From assembly GCA_000165425.1 (NCBI GenBank), contig CT867985.1, positions 186,001 to 250,000 on the forward strand: 64,000 nt of DNA, read 5' to 3'. Numbering within the stretch: position 1 is the stretch's first letter; each line of letters opens with the position of its first letter. This document shows positions 13,903 through 26,700 of the stretch, piece after piece. Position numbers and translations under genes: made by a program. Under the pieces are notes generated by a model, which saw only the letters and a program-made list of their open reading frames with translations, did not search any database and was not told the origin of the DNA. Source of the DNA: Paramecium tetraurelia. Lineage: Eukaryota.

Positions 13903-16177
13903 TCAGAGTATCTTCTTAAATGATTCAAAAAAATTAGTTCCCTTAAAATCATTTTAAATTGTGATTCTGTTCTATAACCAAGTCGAAAACTTTAATCTTA
14001 GTTTATCTTCTGAAAATCTTTTGTCTATTAAGAAGAGCAGACCATAATCGTTTTTATGTCTGATAACTCTTCCAATACATTAATTAACTGCTCTCATTGT
14101 GATATTATCATAATATTAATTCCCATTTATATTAATTTATTCTTTCAGTTCAAAACTATCAAGATTTGGGTATGGAACTCCAAATATAATTACTGCTCTA
14201 GCTAAATGATCAGAAAAGTTAATTCCTTCTGACAATGAACCCCCTACAACTGATAATAGAATGGCACCTTTTTTAGCCACTTCAGAATATTTCTCCAGAA
14301 TTTAAGAACTTTACTTCTCATCAAAAAACACTTATTTGCTAAACTGTAGATTATTTGATTTTGCATATTATTTGAATTACTCTAAAAATGTATAGGTTTA
14401 CATGAAGATTACAATTCCCTCTGGAATGCATTTTTCTATGTCTTAAATAAGTGAATTCGTTTGAATCATAAGTTAATTCAAATTTTCATTCTTTTACTTA
14501 AACGAATATTCTAATTATGCATTTATTACTAATAATTAACATCTGTCTTTTGAAATTATATGAGGATATTCCTTAAAAATAAACTCATTAGAATCAACTC
14601 TCTCTTTGAATATTTCAAATTCATTCAATGGTTATAGGGTTCCTCCCAAAAAGACTAAGTTCCTTGATTTGTCAATTAAAGTTTAAAAACTTGAATAATT
14701 ATTAATTTTGGACAATTTCATAGTATTTGATTTTTCAATATATAGAATTGATTCCTTTTAGGATGTGAGAATCAATTACGAAATAAATTTACAAAAACAT
14801 TCAAAGCTAGAATAGTGTGTAACATTTTATGATGAATCAATGAATCCATTAATTCTCTGTCTCATCTCTTTATTTTGTAAAAATTTTATTAATTTAATGA
14901 TGTTCATCTTAGCGGTGGAGTACGAAGCATTGTTTNNNNNNNNNNNNNNNNNNNNNNNNNNNNNNNNNNNNNNNNNNNNNNNNNNNNNNNNNNNNNNNNN
15001 NNNNNNNNNNNNNNNNNNNNNNNNNNNNNNNNNNNNNNNNNNNNNNNNNNNNNNNNNNNNNNNNNNNNNNNNNNNNNNNNNNNNNTTCCCCCTTTTATTT
15101 TTTTTTGATTTTATTTTTTTAAAGATTTAAATTAATTGTAATAAATTAAATTAGGATAAATATAAAAGTTTAGCTTTTAACCCTTTGGGGATACTTTTTT
15201 TCATAATCCATCAATACCCCCCAACAATAATATTTAATTAGCTTAAGGATACTTCGCATGATTCAGTTTGTAAAAGAGCTGAACCAAAATTATGGGCTTC
15301 ATCTACAATTATTATAGGTTCAATATATTAATCTATTGATTCCATCAACAACTAATAAGGAGTGCAAATAATATCAGCTTGTAATGACAATTCCTTGGCT
15401 GCATAATAAGGACATGATTGACACTTCTTACTCGCAGTGAGTAAATCATTTATGTCAAATATTTCTTATGTATATTACTCCAAAGTATCTAAAGACTTGT
15501 AATAAGAACACTACTTTTTATGACTTTTACAAAGATGATTTAATTTATTAACATTGTTATTTGCCTTACTTAAGATTGATTAATTGACACATAGTTGCTA
15601 CCTAGATCCAATCGTTGAAACTCTAACTTTATGTTTAGATCTTCTAATTTCATTAATAAATTGTTTCAATTAAGAATGAGTACGACTACAATAGATTATC
15701 TTATCATTCAATGACTATCCTCTCAAATTAATTTGTGTTTCTTCACTACTTGAATAATCAAATATAGCATCATCATCTACTAATTTAACATGTTTTTTCT
15801 ATTGTTTGTTTTCTATTTCAAAAATCTAATATACCATTAGGTTTCCTTAAAGGATTTAACTTTAGCTCAACGTCTGGTTCATTAAACCAATCTGGCATGC
15901 CATCATCAATTTAACATTTCTATTTTACTTTGATTAATGTATTTGACTTGATATCCTCTAAATAATTCAAAGCTCCCTCAATTAACGCATAACTCTTTCC
16001 TGTTCCTGTTGGAGATTCAAAAATAGAAACCTTCACAATCATATACATTTATACTTTAGTTCCTTATGCCAAACTCACGTAAATATCTTTAGACAAATCA
16101 AGTTAGGATTAATATGGGGGAAATGGATACTGCGATTTGATTCTCTCCCTTATTTTTTCTTCTACATCCTTATTCAT
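13903..16177 (-). CDS. CHL1/DDX11-like Fe-S DNA helicase (Rad3/XPD family), interrupted by an assembly gap
   Basis: [27 protein letters not shown], Cys cluster ending [23 protein letters not shown] and [18 protein letters not shown]. Confidence 0.9.
14936..15085. other. Scaffold gap (150 N)
   Basis: Run of N inside the helicase gene. Confidence 0.99.
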
Positions 16178-16261
16178 CCAAGTAAAATTATTAGTGTATT
16201 TTAACACAAATTTAGTTGAATTATAAATAATATAATAAAATATAAATCGATTGATTCATTC

Positions 16262-18329
16262 TCATTACGATTATAATAACTTAGCTACATTGTAGATATC
16301 CTAATTCAAGATATTTTATGTAGAGTAACTTTTCAAGTTATTTATTTCTTTTATATGTCTGGATATTTAAAAAGAGACTAAATTTCCTTTTTTTGTTCCA
16401 TCCAAATCAATAGTTTTAAACTTCAATATTGGATATTATGATATATGTGGCAACAGCTTCTGAGCCACAAAGATACCTAATTTTCCAGCAAGAACTCCTT
16501 CCATAAACAATAATATTACTTGAATAATCTAATTTGTTAAGTAACCCTCCTGCATCATCTATAATTTCAAATTTAATATCTTCATTGTTTAATTATTTTA
16601 AATTTATAATTATTGAATGAGTAGAATCTGTTTTTGAACATTATTAAATTGAGTTATATATGAGATTGACAATTATGAATTACAGAAATTAAGGATATGT
16701 AATTACAGTTTGATTCAGTAATAATTCATTGTTAATGCTTATTTTTATACCCTTCTCATAAATAAGAGTATCTTAACTTAATTTACTAATAATTTTATTA
16801 AGAAAAACATCCAAATTTAATTAAGATTGTTTTCCTTCTTTAAAATCATCTGTTAAAAAATACAATATATTTTTATTACATAGATTTAATAAATATATTT
16901 GTGATTATATTTAATTTAATCGTTTTAAATCTGGGTTTTGAGTTGTTATTTAATTTAATTTAGATTTTAGATCTTTCAACATTAATGATACTCTCTAACA
17001 TAATATCTTAGTGACTGTTAATTTATATTAGTTTTAGATATCATTTAGTTGTATTTTTAATTATTCAATATTATCCTCCTCAAACTCTAAAATTAGAGCT
17101 TAATTTTAGTTATTAAATGTGATTTTTTTATAATTGTATTTTTCTTAGTTATATATTCCTAACAATTTGAATTTATTCTAAATCAAAGGAGAATAGGATT
17201 ATTAAAGTTAATTACTCAAAATTAAACTTAAATCTTTAGTTGATTTGTTCAAGAATTCTTTTTCAAATGTACTCTAAATATTATTAAAAATATACTTAAT
17301 CAATTGCATTATTTCCATTATTTGTACTACATATTTTCTAAGATTGGGAATCTTATTTGAACATAATTGATAATTGAGATCTAGATTCTTTGGGAGACAT
17401 TAATTTAGATGATTGATCTTCTTAAAATTAATGTTATATTTTCAAATTTTTTGGAATGGTTTTTTATTTTTAATTATCATTTAATATATCTTTTATATAC
17501 TAATACAGAGATTGTTTAACTTCAATCATTTTATTTAGTATGATATTTTCATTAACAAAAGAGATTTCAATAATTTAAGTATTTTTTAAATAGTCATCAA
17601 TATTTTGATTTTTCTCCTTTAAATATTAATCTAGATATTCACTAATTTTTTCAATAACAATATCATTTTTATTTGCTGACACAACTAAAATTTACTTCTC
17701 TAAGAATTTCTCCCATAAATGATAAGAATTAATTTACTAAGTAGTTGAATTTTAGGTAAGTGAGATTATTTTATTTTAAGATTTTTTGTCCAATTTCTTA
17801 GGCAAAAGTTAAATGACTAAAAAAACTATCACTAAAATAAATGTTATAGCTAATTCTACAAACTGATACTGACTTTATTTCTGTGATGTAATAACAAGTA
17901 TAATAATGAATAATAATGTTGTAGATTATAAGAGTGCCTTTGTCCTTTTAATTTTGATGTAATTTTGTTAACTTGTATAATTGATTTTTTGAAGGAATAA
18001 CATTCCACCTATTAACAAACTTAATATATTCTAAGTTAACGATCTATAATCTAATTATAGCAGGCTGCAAAACTACACCAATAATAGAATAATAAAGAGG
18101 ACCGGGGAATGATCTTGTTCTAAATTAATGAATATAAAAATTTACATATTTGCTTTTTCTTAGGTTAAATTTGAGCTACAATAAATAAGGCTGCTCCCAA
18201 GATTAAACAACAAACTTCAGAATACAAGAAGTATGATTATTAACCTTTTAGTTATAAATAAATTATGCTCATTATTGCAAATAGAGAGTTTAAGAGTAAA
18301 GGTAAAAATACTTAAATCAACTTAAGCAT
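16262..18329 (-). CDS. Multi-pass membrane protein with degenerate histidine-kinase (HATPase_c-like) C-terminus
   Basis: Hydrophobic N-terminal helices (MLKLIQVFLPLLLNSLFAIMSII). N-box-like LQFIIVNLIYNSI, G1-like FEIIDDAGG, G2-like GKLGIFVAQKLL, and GNLVSFQI. Confidence 0.7.
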
Positions 18330-18356
18330 TAATAAAATATAAATTAATTCAACCAA

Positions 18357-19361
18357 ATGTCTTAAATAAATTCATAATTGCTAAGATCCTTAATTGTGAA
18401 TCCTGATAATATTGATGAGAATTTCTTGTGTGGTATATGCTGTTAATTGGTTGTAAATCCAAAGGAATGCGAAAATTGTTAACATTTATATTGCCATGAA
18501 TGTATTAATGATTGGTTGAAAAAGAAATGTATTAATAATTATAATTTTAAGCAAATTGTCCATATAGATGTTCTGAAAGTGATATTAAACTCAAAGAACC
18601 TCATAGGTTTGTTAAAAATTCAATTTCTCATTTAAATCTTAAATGCTAAAATGCTGATTGTGAACAAATTATTGAGTTGGGGATGATAGATTCACATATT
18701 AAAGAATGTAAACACACTATACAAAACTGTTAGAATGAAGGATGCGAAGAGAAAGTAAAAAACCTAAATCTGGAAGAACATAAACAAAAATGTTAATTTA
18801 GGAAAATCACCTGTGATAAATGTCTTTCGATTTATAAGATAAGTCAAGATCATAATTGCATTAGGGCTTTGAAATAATAGATTGAAGATTATAGCTAGAT
18901 TATAAATCAGATTAAATAACTATATATTCAGCAGTAGGCCACCTAATAAGAATAATAAGAATAAATTAAGATACTGCAATAATTAGTGGCTAGACCTTAA
19001 GTAATAAAACAACTAACCTGCGATAAAGGTCATCAATTAATTTGGATGCAACCAATATACAATCAAAAATGCGGTAGATGTGCATTAAGCAATGAAATAG
19101 CCAGATTTAAGTGTTAATAATGCTAAAAGATTTATTGCTAATAATGTAAAAGACCATACTTTTACAATTAAAAATGCCCAAACAACCATTTATTATAATT
19201 CGATTAAAATGTATTACTTTTTCTATAATTAATAGGCTCGTGCAAGCATTTCTTGTGATTTTTGTGGAGAGGTTCCATTTAAAAAAGGACAGGGAGTTTG
19301 GAGCGATAGAGAATGTGACTTTGATATTTGTGTTAGCTGCTATAATTCAGCTCAATAATGA
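18357..19361 (+). CDS. TRAF-type RING/zinc-finger protein
   Basis: FLCGICCQLVVNPKECENCQHLYCHECI, CPYRC, TRAF-like fingers (CQNEGCEE..HKQKC), a Gln-rich coil and C-terminal CxxC clusters ending CDFDICVSC. Confidence 0.88.
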
Positions 19362-20709
19362 TTGAATATCTAATTTTATATTGGAAATCAATAACTATCA
19401 AATTATATTCAAAAATTCTTGAATAATTGATGTTATTTTATCAAATACTGTGAAAGTAAATTCTCATGTATTAAAATAATAAAGATATATTTGATAATCT
19501 GCAATAATGAGTATAACATAAGCCAGTTGAATTCATAAAGATAGTTAATTGTTGATCTATATAATATATTTTTGACTATTTTAAATAATTCTGAAATTAG
19601 ATTTCTCTTTCTAATATATATCAAATAAGCCCTTTTCTTCATTCTTTTTTAAAGTTAGATTTTCCAAATTGGCTTTTTTATTTTTAGAAATAAATTCTTA
19701 AATTTAAATAAGAATAACATTTTAATCATGAAGATTTATCTTAAAACTAAAAATGATAAAAGGATAAATCATTTCAAAATTTTATCAACATAATTAATTT
19801 ATTCTTATTGCTAACATTCCTCACTATTGAAATTAAACTATTTTTAAATTCACTATTCATCTATCATTTAATGATTTAATAATAATTTATAATTTAAGTG
19901 TTCCACCATGTTATTGCAAAGAGTTATATATCACATTTTATGTTATAAATTTTTTCCTTTCTTTTTTAATATCAAATTTTTGTGTGTTTATAATTTCATT
20001 CTTTTCCTATTGTTTTACATCCACCAACTTCCAATAATGAATTCATTTCTTACCGACTCGAAGTTTTAGCCTTAATCATTGCATCTTTCTTCAATTTATT
20101 ATTTTTTTCATTATTCATTTACATTTTTCAATAAACTTAATTTTTAAATCATTCTGTATCAAATCTCATCTTTTTGAGTCTAGTATAAAAGAGGATATCC
20201 TATAAAATGAGGATTTCGATTAACTATTTTTATCAACAATTAATTTAATATATAAATTTTCAATTGAATTTAGTTTTAAAAATAGCCTTTCATTTGTATT
20301 CTAATATAATTAATCAATACAAAAGATTGATTATAATATATCTCAATAAAAATAATAAAAAAAAATATCAACAGAACTCGAAGGAAAATGGAGATCCTTG
20401 ATTCTAATTTTATTTTAAGGCATTCCCATAATAATTAAAAAATTAGTTAAATTGAATATATATAAAATAACATAGAGTCTTTTGGCATAATGATGACTTG
20501 TAAAGAGTAGTACTATAATATCATGAGTACATTATCTAGGCTATACTCTGACCTTTTATGATAAATATAAATATATATCATTTTTATGGGTGCTTAAAGA
20601 GATTAGTTAGGTTTTCGCATCGTACAACAAGGTTGAATTACTTATTTATTGATATATTTTTTTGATAATAATAATACAAATTGTAAAATTATTTTGTAAA
20701 TTTTTAACA

Positions 20710-23700
20710 ATGGAAATTGCAATCATTTTACTAAGTTTTTCACTCAAGTATTTATGTATTTAGATAAAGCATTCTAATTGTAAAGTGTAATTAATGCATT
20801 TACAATTAATTGGATGTAATGGATTATGATAATTTGATTTAAATTGATTAGATATAGGATTTGAATGATTAGAATGAGTTTGCATCTTTTGGTTAAGGAT
20901 TCTGGTTTCGATATGTTCCATTCAAAGAGGATTATTTACAATGTACGAGTTAAGTTTTAAATTTTAGAATTAAATGATGAATAATTAACCTTAGATACTA
21001 TAAATTACTTTATTTACTCATTAATAAGGGTTTCTGATGAGTCATAATTAGTTTTCAATTTTGTTGAACTTAATAAGTTGTAAAAGACAATCAATTATAT
21101 AATCTATTTTTACACAGACTAATCAATAGTGAAGAAAATTCTTCCAATTAATATTTTCAATTTTGAAGGAGTTTGGATTTTCTTCTATTTTTATAATCAT
21201 TATGATGTTAATCATATCTTATTCTATTATTATTAATCTAATTTAGATTAATTATATTAGGAAACATTAGATTCAACGATCAAAGTCAAAAACACCGATT
21301 AATTATAAAGTTCAATAAGATATTTCAAAAACATTTAAATATTAGAATCAAATATCATCACCTACCCATTTTTAGGTATTATTAAATAAGTAGAAACCAC
21401 ATCAATCAATATTTTAGAAGATTTAAATTCGTTTAAATAAACATGTAATGTCGAATTAATTTGTACGTAAATCAAAACTTAGCTCTTGCATTTTAATTAA
21501 AGTTTCACTGGAGGCCAAAGTACAGATGGTTAAACGGACAACATTTTTTAAAATGCTTATAAATTTTCAGGTTGGGTTAAGCAGAATCCAATAGATATAG
21601 AAATCAAACTTGATAGTGCATTATTAAGTATATCAATAGATTGGATAAATTCTTAGAATCAATAGCAATAGTATTAATTGTTAAAGGTTTTGTATAATCA
21701 ACATAAAGTAAGAAGTTTGAATGGTTTTTCAGCCTCTACTTATAGCTATTCTTTCCCTTATGTATTGTCTTCTGATTAGATTGAAACCTTTAAGATTTTA
21801 GACGATTCTTTGTAAGATTTATTGACTCAATGGCATTTTATTTAGTATGAAGAAGGCTCTTCCTTAAATCAAGGAAGACCTATTTATAGAGTATATTTTC
21901 CTTAAAATGATAAATTTATTGAGTGCAAATGGAGTAATCAAATTAATCATTTTTCTGATGTGATCTTGAAATTTTAAATTGGAGGTGATTACTTATCTCT
22001 TTATAATTTTCGAGGATATTTAAGTGATTGGAAGTTCTCCTATTATTGCTAAAGGAATTATGAATCATCTTATGAAATTCCTTGCCATTATACATGTTCG
22101 AGTTGTAAAGGAATTACGGCTAACGATTGTCTAAGTTGTAATGAAAATTTAAATAGAATTTACTCCCCAAATACTAACTAATGCCTATGCTTAGATGGGT
22201 ATTTAGAAACATTTTCAACAGCAGAATGCAAAAGTATCATTCTATTAATATTTCAAAGGCTTATCAGATTACAATGGAGTATTTGAGGTGAAATATTTTG
22301 AAGTATCTTGCGATACTGTTGGTTATTATCAATGCGATGAATCCAAAGTATAGTGTGATTTTGGATATTTTTAATATTATGGTTCTTGCATAGAGTGGTA
22401 TATATATTACTTTATCATGAGTCCCCATTTTTCCGTAGATATAAAGGACTACAAATTAGATTGTGCTTTATGTTATCTTAGTCCATGGATTTTTAACCAA
22501 ACCTTTATGTGTGATTTTGACTTAATCGCTGATAATTCAGAATCACCTTTTTATTATTTTGAACGATACTATTCTAACACTGAGATGTAATTTTTAATTT
22601 AAAATTAAGATATAAAATTAATTTTAATAATCGCTATGAATTTTCTTACTAAGTAGTAGGAGGTAAATATATGCAATAGAATTAAACATTTTGCAAGGCC
22701 GGATATTTTTTATAATAAGGAGAATGTCGTTAATGTATAGAAGGATGTGAATTTTGCAAGTCGGAATACTTCTGTGTTTAATGTTCATCTAAATATGCTT
22801 TAACGGCTGAAGGAATTTGTAAATTATGTACAAAATGTGAATTGTGTTATTTTGATGATAGAAATGAAGAACTGTGTTAGTATGACTTTTATTGTTTAGA
22901 TTAATAATACTATTTAAATAATTTATGCATAGATTGTGGATAATTTTGCCAATAATGTGATTCAGAATAGTGTTTTTATTGCATAGAGAATAAGAAATAT
23001 TATGTTAGTTTAGATGGAATAAATTGTGGCTATTGTTCAATAGAAAATTGTGAGTATTGTATTGAATATGTTTATGATAATGACAATAATTTAATAGTTT
23101 CAATAGATGTAAATAGAGATAATATTCAATCGGATATGTATTAAATTCATCTAGGATGTGCTTAATGTGTTAAAGGATACTATTATTCTTTCTAAACTTA
23201 AAAATGTCAATTATTAGCTGATGATATGGCGGAATGTGACGTAGGATTGAGCTTAGATGTAAATCAAGGTATTGTTTGTTTAAAAAGTCAATCTTTATCA
23301 GATTCAATTTAATCAACTTTTTGTTAAGATACTAAATTGTGTTTACAATGTATTAATAATTATTCATCTACATTACCTTCATTCTGTATTGTTTGTAAAG
23401 AAGGGTATTATTCAAGCATATTAACTGGATTATGCAAACAATGTCCACAATCTTGTAAAGCATGTGCTTAATAGAGTAGTAAATACAAAGATTATTGGAA
23501 ATGGGAAATCAAAGCATTTTATTCCTATTTTATAAATTAAAATGGTTAACATCCATTTGAAACCTATGTCGTTGATTCTGATGATTCTGAATAGGAAATT
23601 AATTGTTTAAGCTGTTAAGTAAATTATGTCCTTTTTAATAATTTTTGTATTCTAGGATGTGATGATGATTGCGAAGATTGTAGAGTAATGGTCGATGCTT

Positions 23701-26700
23701 TTCAACAATATTAATCTAGGTGTTTCAAATGCAAATCTAATGTTTTTAATAAATTAAGAAGTTATAAATTTGAAAATTAATTATAAATAGATTCTTAATG
23801 TGAAACTTGTCCTAACTATTGTTCAGCTTGTTATCCAAGAACTTAAACAGAAATCTCATAAATTAATCTATTTTTTAATTAGACCTCTCAGTACTTAAAA
23901 TATTCATTTAAGTGCTATTATGTAGATCAAAATTAAAATTATAAATACATTTTACCTGAAACTCTATCTTTATAAAATTGTAGAGATTTTTAAAAATGTA
24001 CCAAAACTTTAGAGATCAAATTTAAAGTATATAACAATTTAGGGTAGTTGCTTGATGCTAGAGCAGAAGAAACAAATATCAATTTACTTGAGATGTATTA
24101 ATATCTTTTAGATATAACGCTATACAATATGTGGTAATAGTATGAAACACCTGAATTGCTAGAATATTATAATAGCTAAAATATCGAAGAGATTTCTATT
24201 AATTATTAACTAGAATCTTCATAACTATATCTTGATTTCGGTAGCACTCTATAAAACAATTTAAAATAAAATGTATTTAATTTAAAAAGAGTAAATGTTA
24301 AGATGTTTGCTTTAAATAAATATGTTCTATATTCAACATTTAATTATTTTAGAGTGATCAATTATGATTAAATCATTTTTGAAGATTTCGATTTTAAATC
24401 TCCTTCCCCTTACTATGCAACAATTGAAAAGAATATTACACTTCGCTTTGAGATTACTAATAAACATTATCCTTAAATAGTAATATTTAAAAATGTAAAT
24501 TTTGTCCAAACTGATTAAAACAACACCTTAGATTTCACATTAAAATGCAATAGATCAAAATATTTTTCGATGATCGATATGAAATTTAATTTGAACTTGA
24601 CTGATTCAATATTTTTTTAGTACTACCCTTTTATTAGCAAAGAAGTTTCAAAAATGACAGTTTAAAATTTCAGGGTTTTTAATAATTTTTTGTATAACTC
24701 CACTTTATTCTATTATTTTGCCGAAAATAATACATTTAACTGTGTTATTTCGTTTATTAATGTAACAATTCAAAATACTTTATTTACAAGAAATTCAAGT
24801 TTTATAACTTCCAATTTCCAAAAAGATTATGACATAGGCATAATATAATTAGAAAATTTCACTCTGATTGATGTAATCTTTGAGAATTCATCATCTTTTA
24901 TTAGGATTCTTTCAGGAAAATAAATTTCAGTCAAAAATTTTAAACTTACAAATGTTAAATTTCTTGATTTATCATCATTTCTTATTGGCAACACTTTTAG
25001 CATTATTGGATTTGATGTAGTTGCATGTTATCTAGAATTCGGGCATATAATTACTAATATTGGAAAATTTAGTGAATCAAAATAAGTAAGAGAATCTTCA
25101 GAAGTATTATATTTGGAAAATATCAATTTCACTAACAATAAATATGTTTAAGAAAAGGCTTTTATTTATATATTATAAAATCAAGTATCAAACATAAGCA
25201 TAACTGTTAATAATCTTTATTTATTTAATAATCAGTAGTTTTATGTTTAAGTGGGTAAACTTTCATATAGTTTTGTATCAAGCGACCTTAGTTAACTCTA
25301 CTTTGAATGTAGTTATTGCACTTTTGAAAATTTGAATATAACTAGAGGATTAGGCTATCCAGAATTAACAATAAGGAATAGCAAACATGTTGAATTGAAG
25401 AAATTTACACTTTTATAAAATCCTTAATTTGAACTGAAATCTTTGCATACCTCAATTAATTGCATTAGATAGTTCTACCTTTTTGATTTACCCTTTGTTT
25501 TAAGTATTAAATCATTTCTCAAAGTATATATTGATGATGTGAATATATCGGATTAAGTTATTATCGATTACCCTTACTTTATCTTTGAAGGCTAAAACCT
25601 TAATGATTAAGTGGAGCCTGGTTTTATTACTATTACGAATTCATAATTTGCAAATAATATGTTGATTATAACCTAATTAAATCGACTCTCTTCGATCATT
25701 TCTTTTTAAACTTACTAGGATACTAAAATTCTCATTTAGAACTCTACGTTTTAAGGAAATTTCCTTAACAAATATGAAGACGACACTTAATTACATTCTT
25801 CGTCTACAATTATCATTGATTCTTAAATAGGATAGGTTATTATCTAGGATTGCTTATTTTAGTAGAACACAGTTTCAAACTCATCTGATTCTAATATATA
25901 TATTAAATCAGAGACCCTTGTTGTTTAAAATTGTATGTTCATTAATTAAAATCAATTATCTCATTAGCTTTTACAAAAACACTTATTAATACCTATAGAT
26001 TAAACAAATTACAATGATATAGTCAATGAAATCTTTTATATAATGAGTTAAGGGGGAAGTGGATATTTCTTTATTAATGAGTTGACTATGATATAGTGTG
26101 TAATCAATAATTCTTTAGCAGTAAATGGGGGAGCTTTTTACATTAACACAAAATCAACAGGAAAAATTATAATAAGCAATTCCTCTTTCGAAAATACGTT
26201 AACAATTTTAAATAGTAATTAATTTTCTTCAGGAGGGGTCTTATACATAGATGCTTCTAAAAGTCGCTTAAATCTCGCAATAACTGAGACTAAAATAAAT
26301 AGAGCGTATTCTCGAACTTAAGGAGGAGCTATCTATATAGAAGCATCTAGAATTTAAAATGAAATCATACTTTAGGATGTGTCTATAGCAAATTCATTTT
26401 CGTTTAAGAGCTCTATATTATTCTTTTCGCCAAGTAAATTATAATCTCTAATATCGAATATTATCATAGACTAATCAATATTTTAAAGTACTGAATAAGA
26501 ATTCAATATCTACTTGTCATAAATTGAGGATTTATCTATTTAAGATATTTTACCATTTTAAAAAGAAAATCCAGCCATTTACATCTCATATAGCAATTTT
26601 ACGATAGTAAATTCTTCCTTTCCCGAAATCCATCTAATAAATTTGATTGAGATATATAATGGAATAAATATTAATATTCTTAATGTGGAGATTCTCAATT

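Noticed and set aside
14936..15130. Possible insertion or frameshift in the helicase
   Set aside because: It is an assembly gap with low-quality flanks, not biology.
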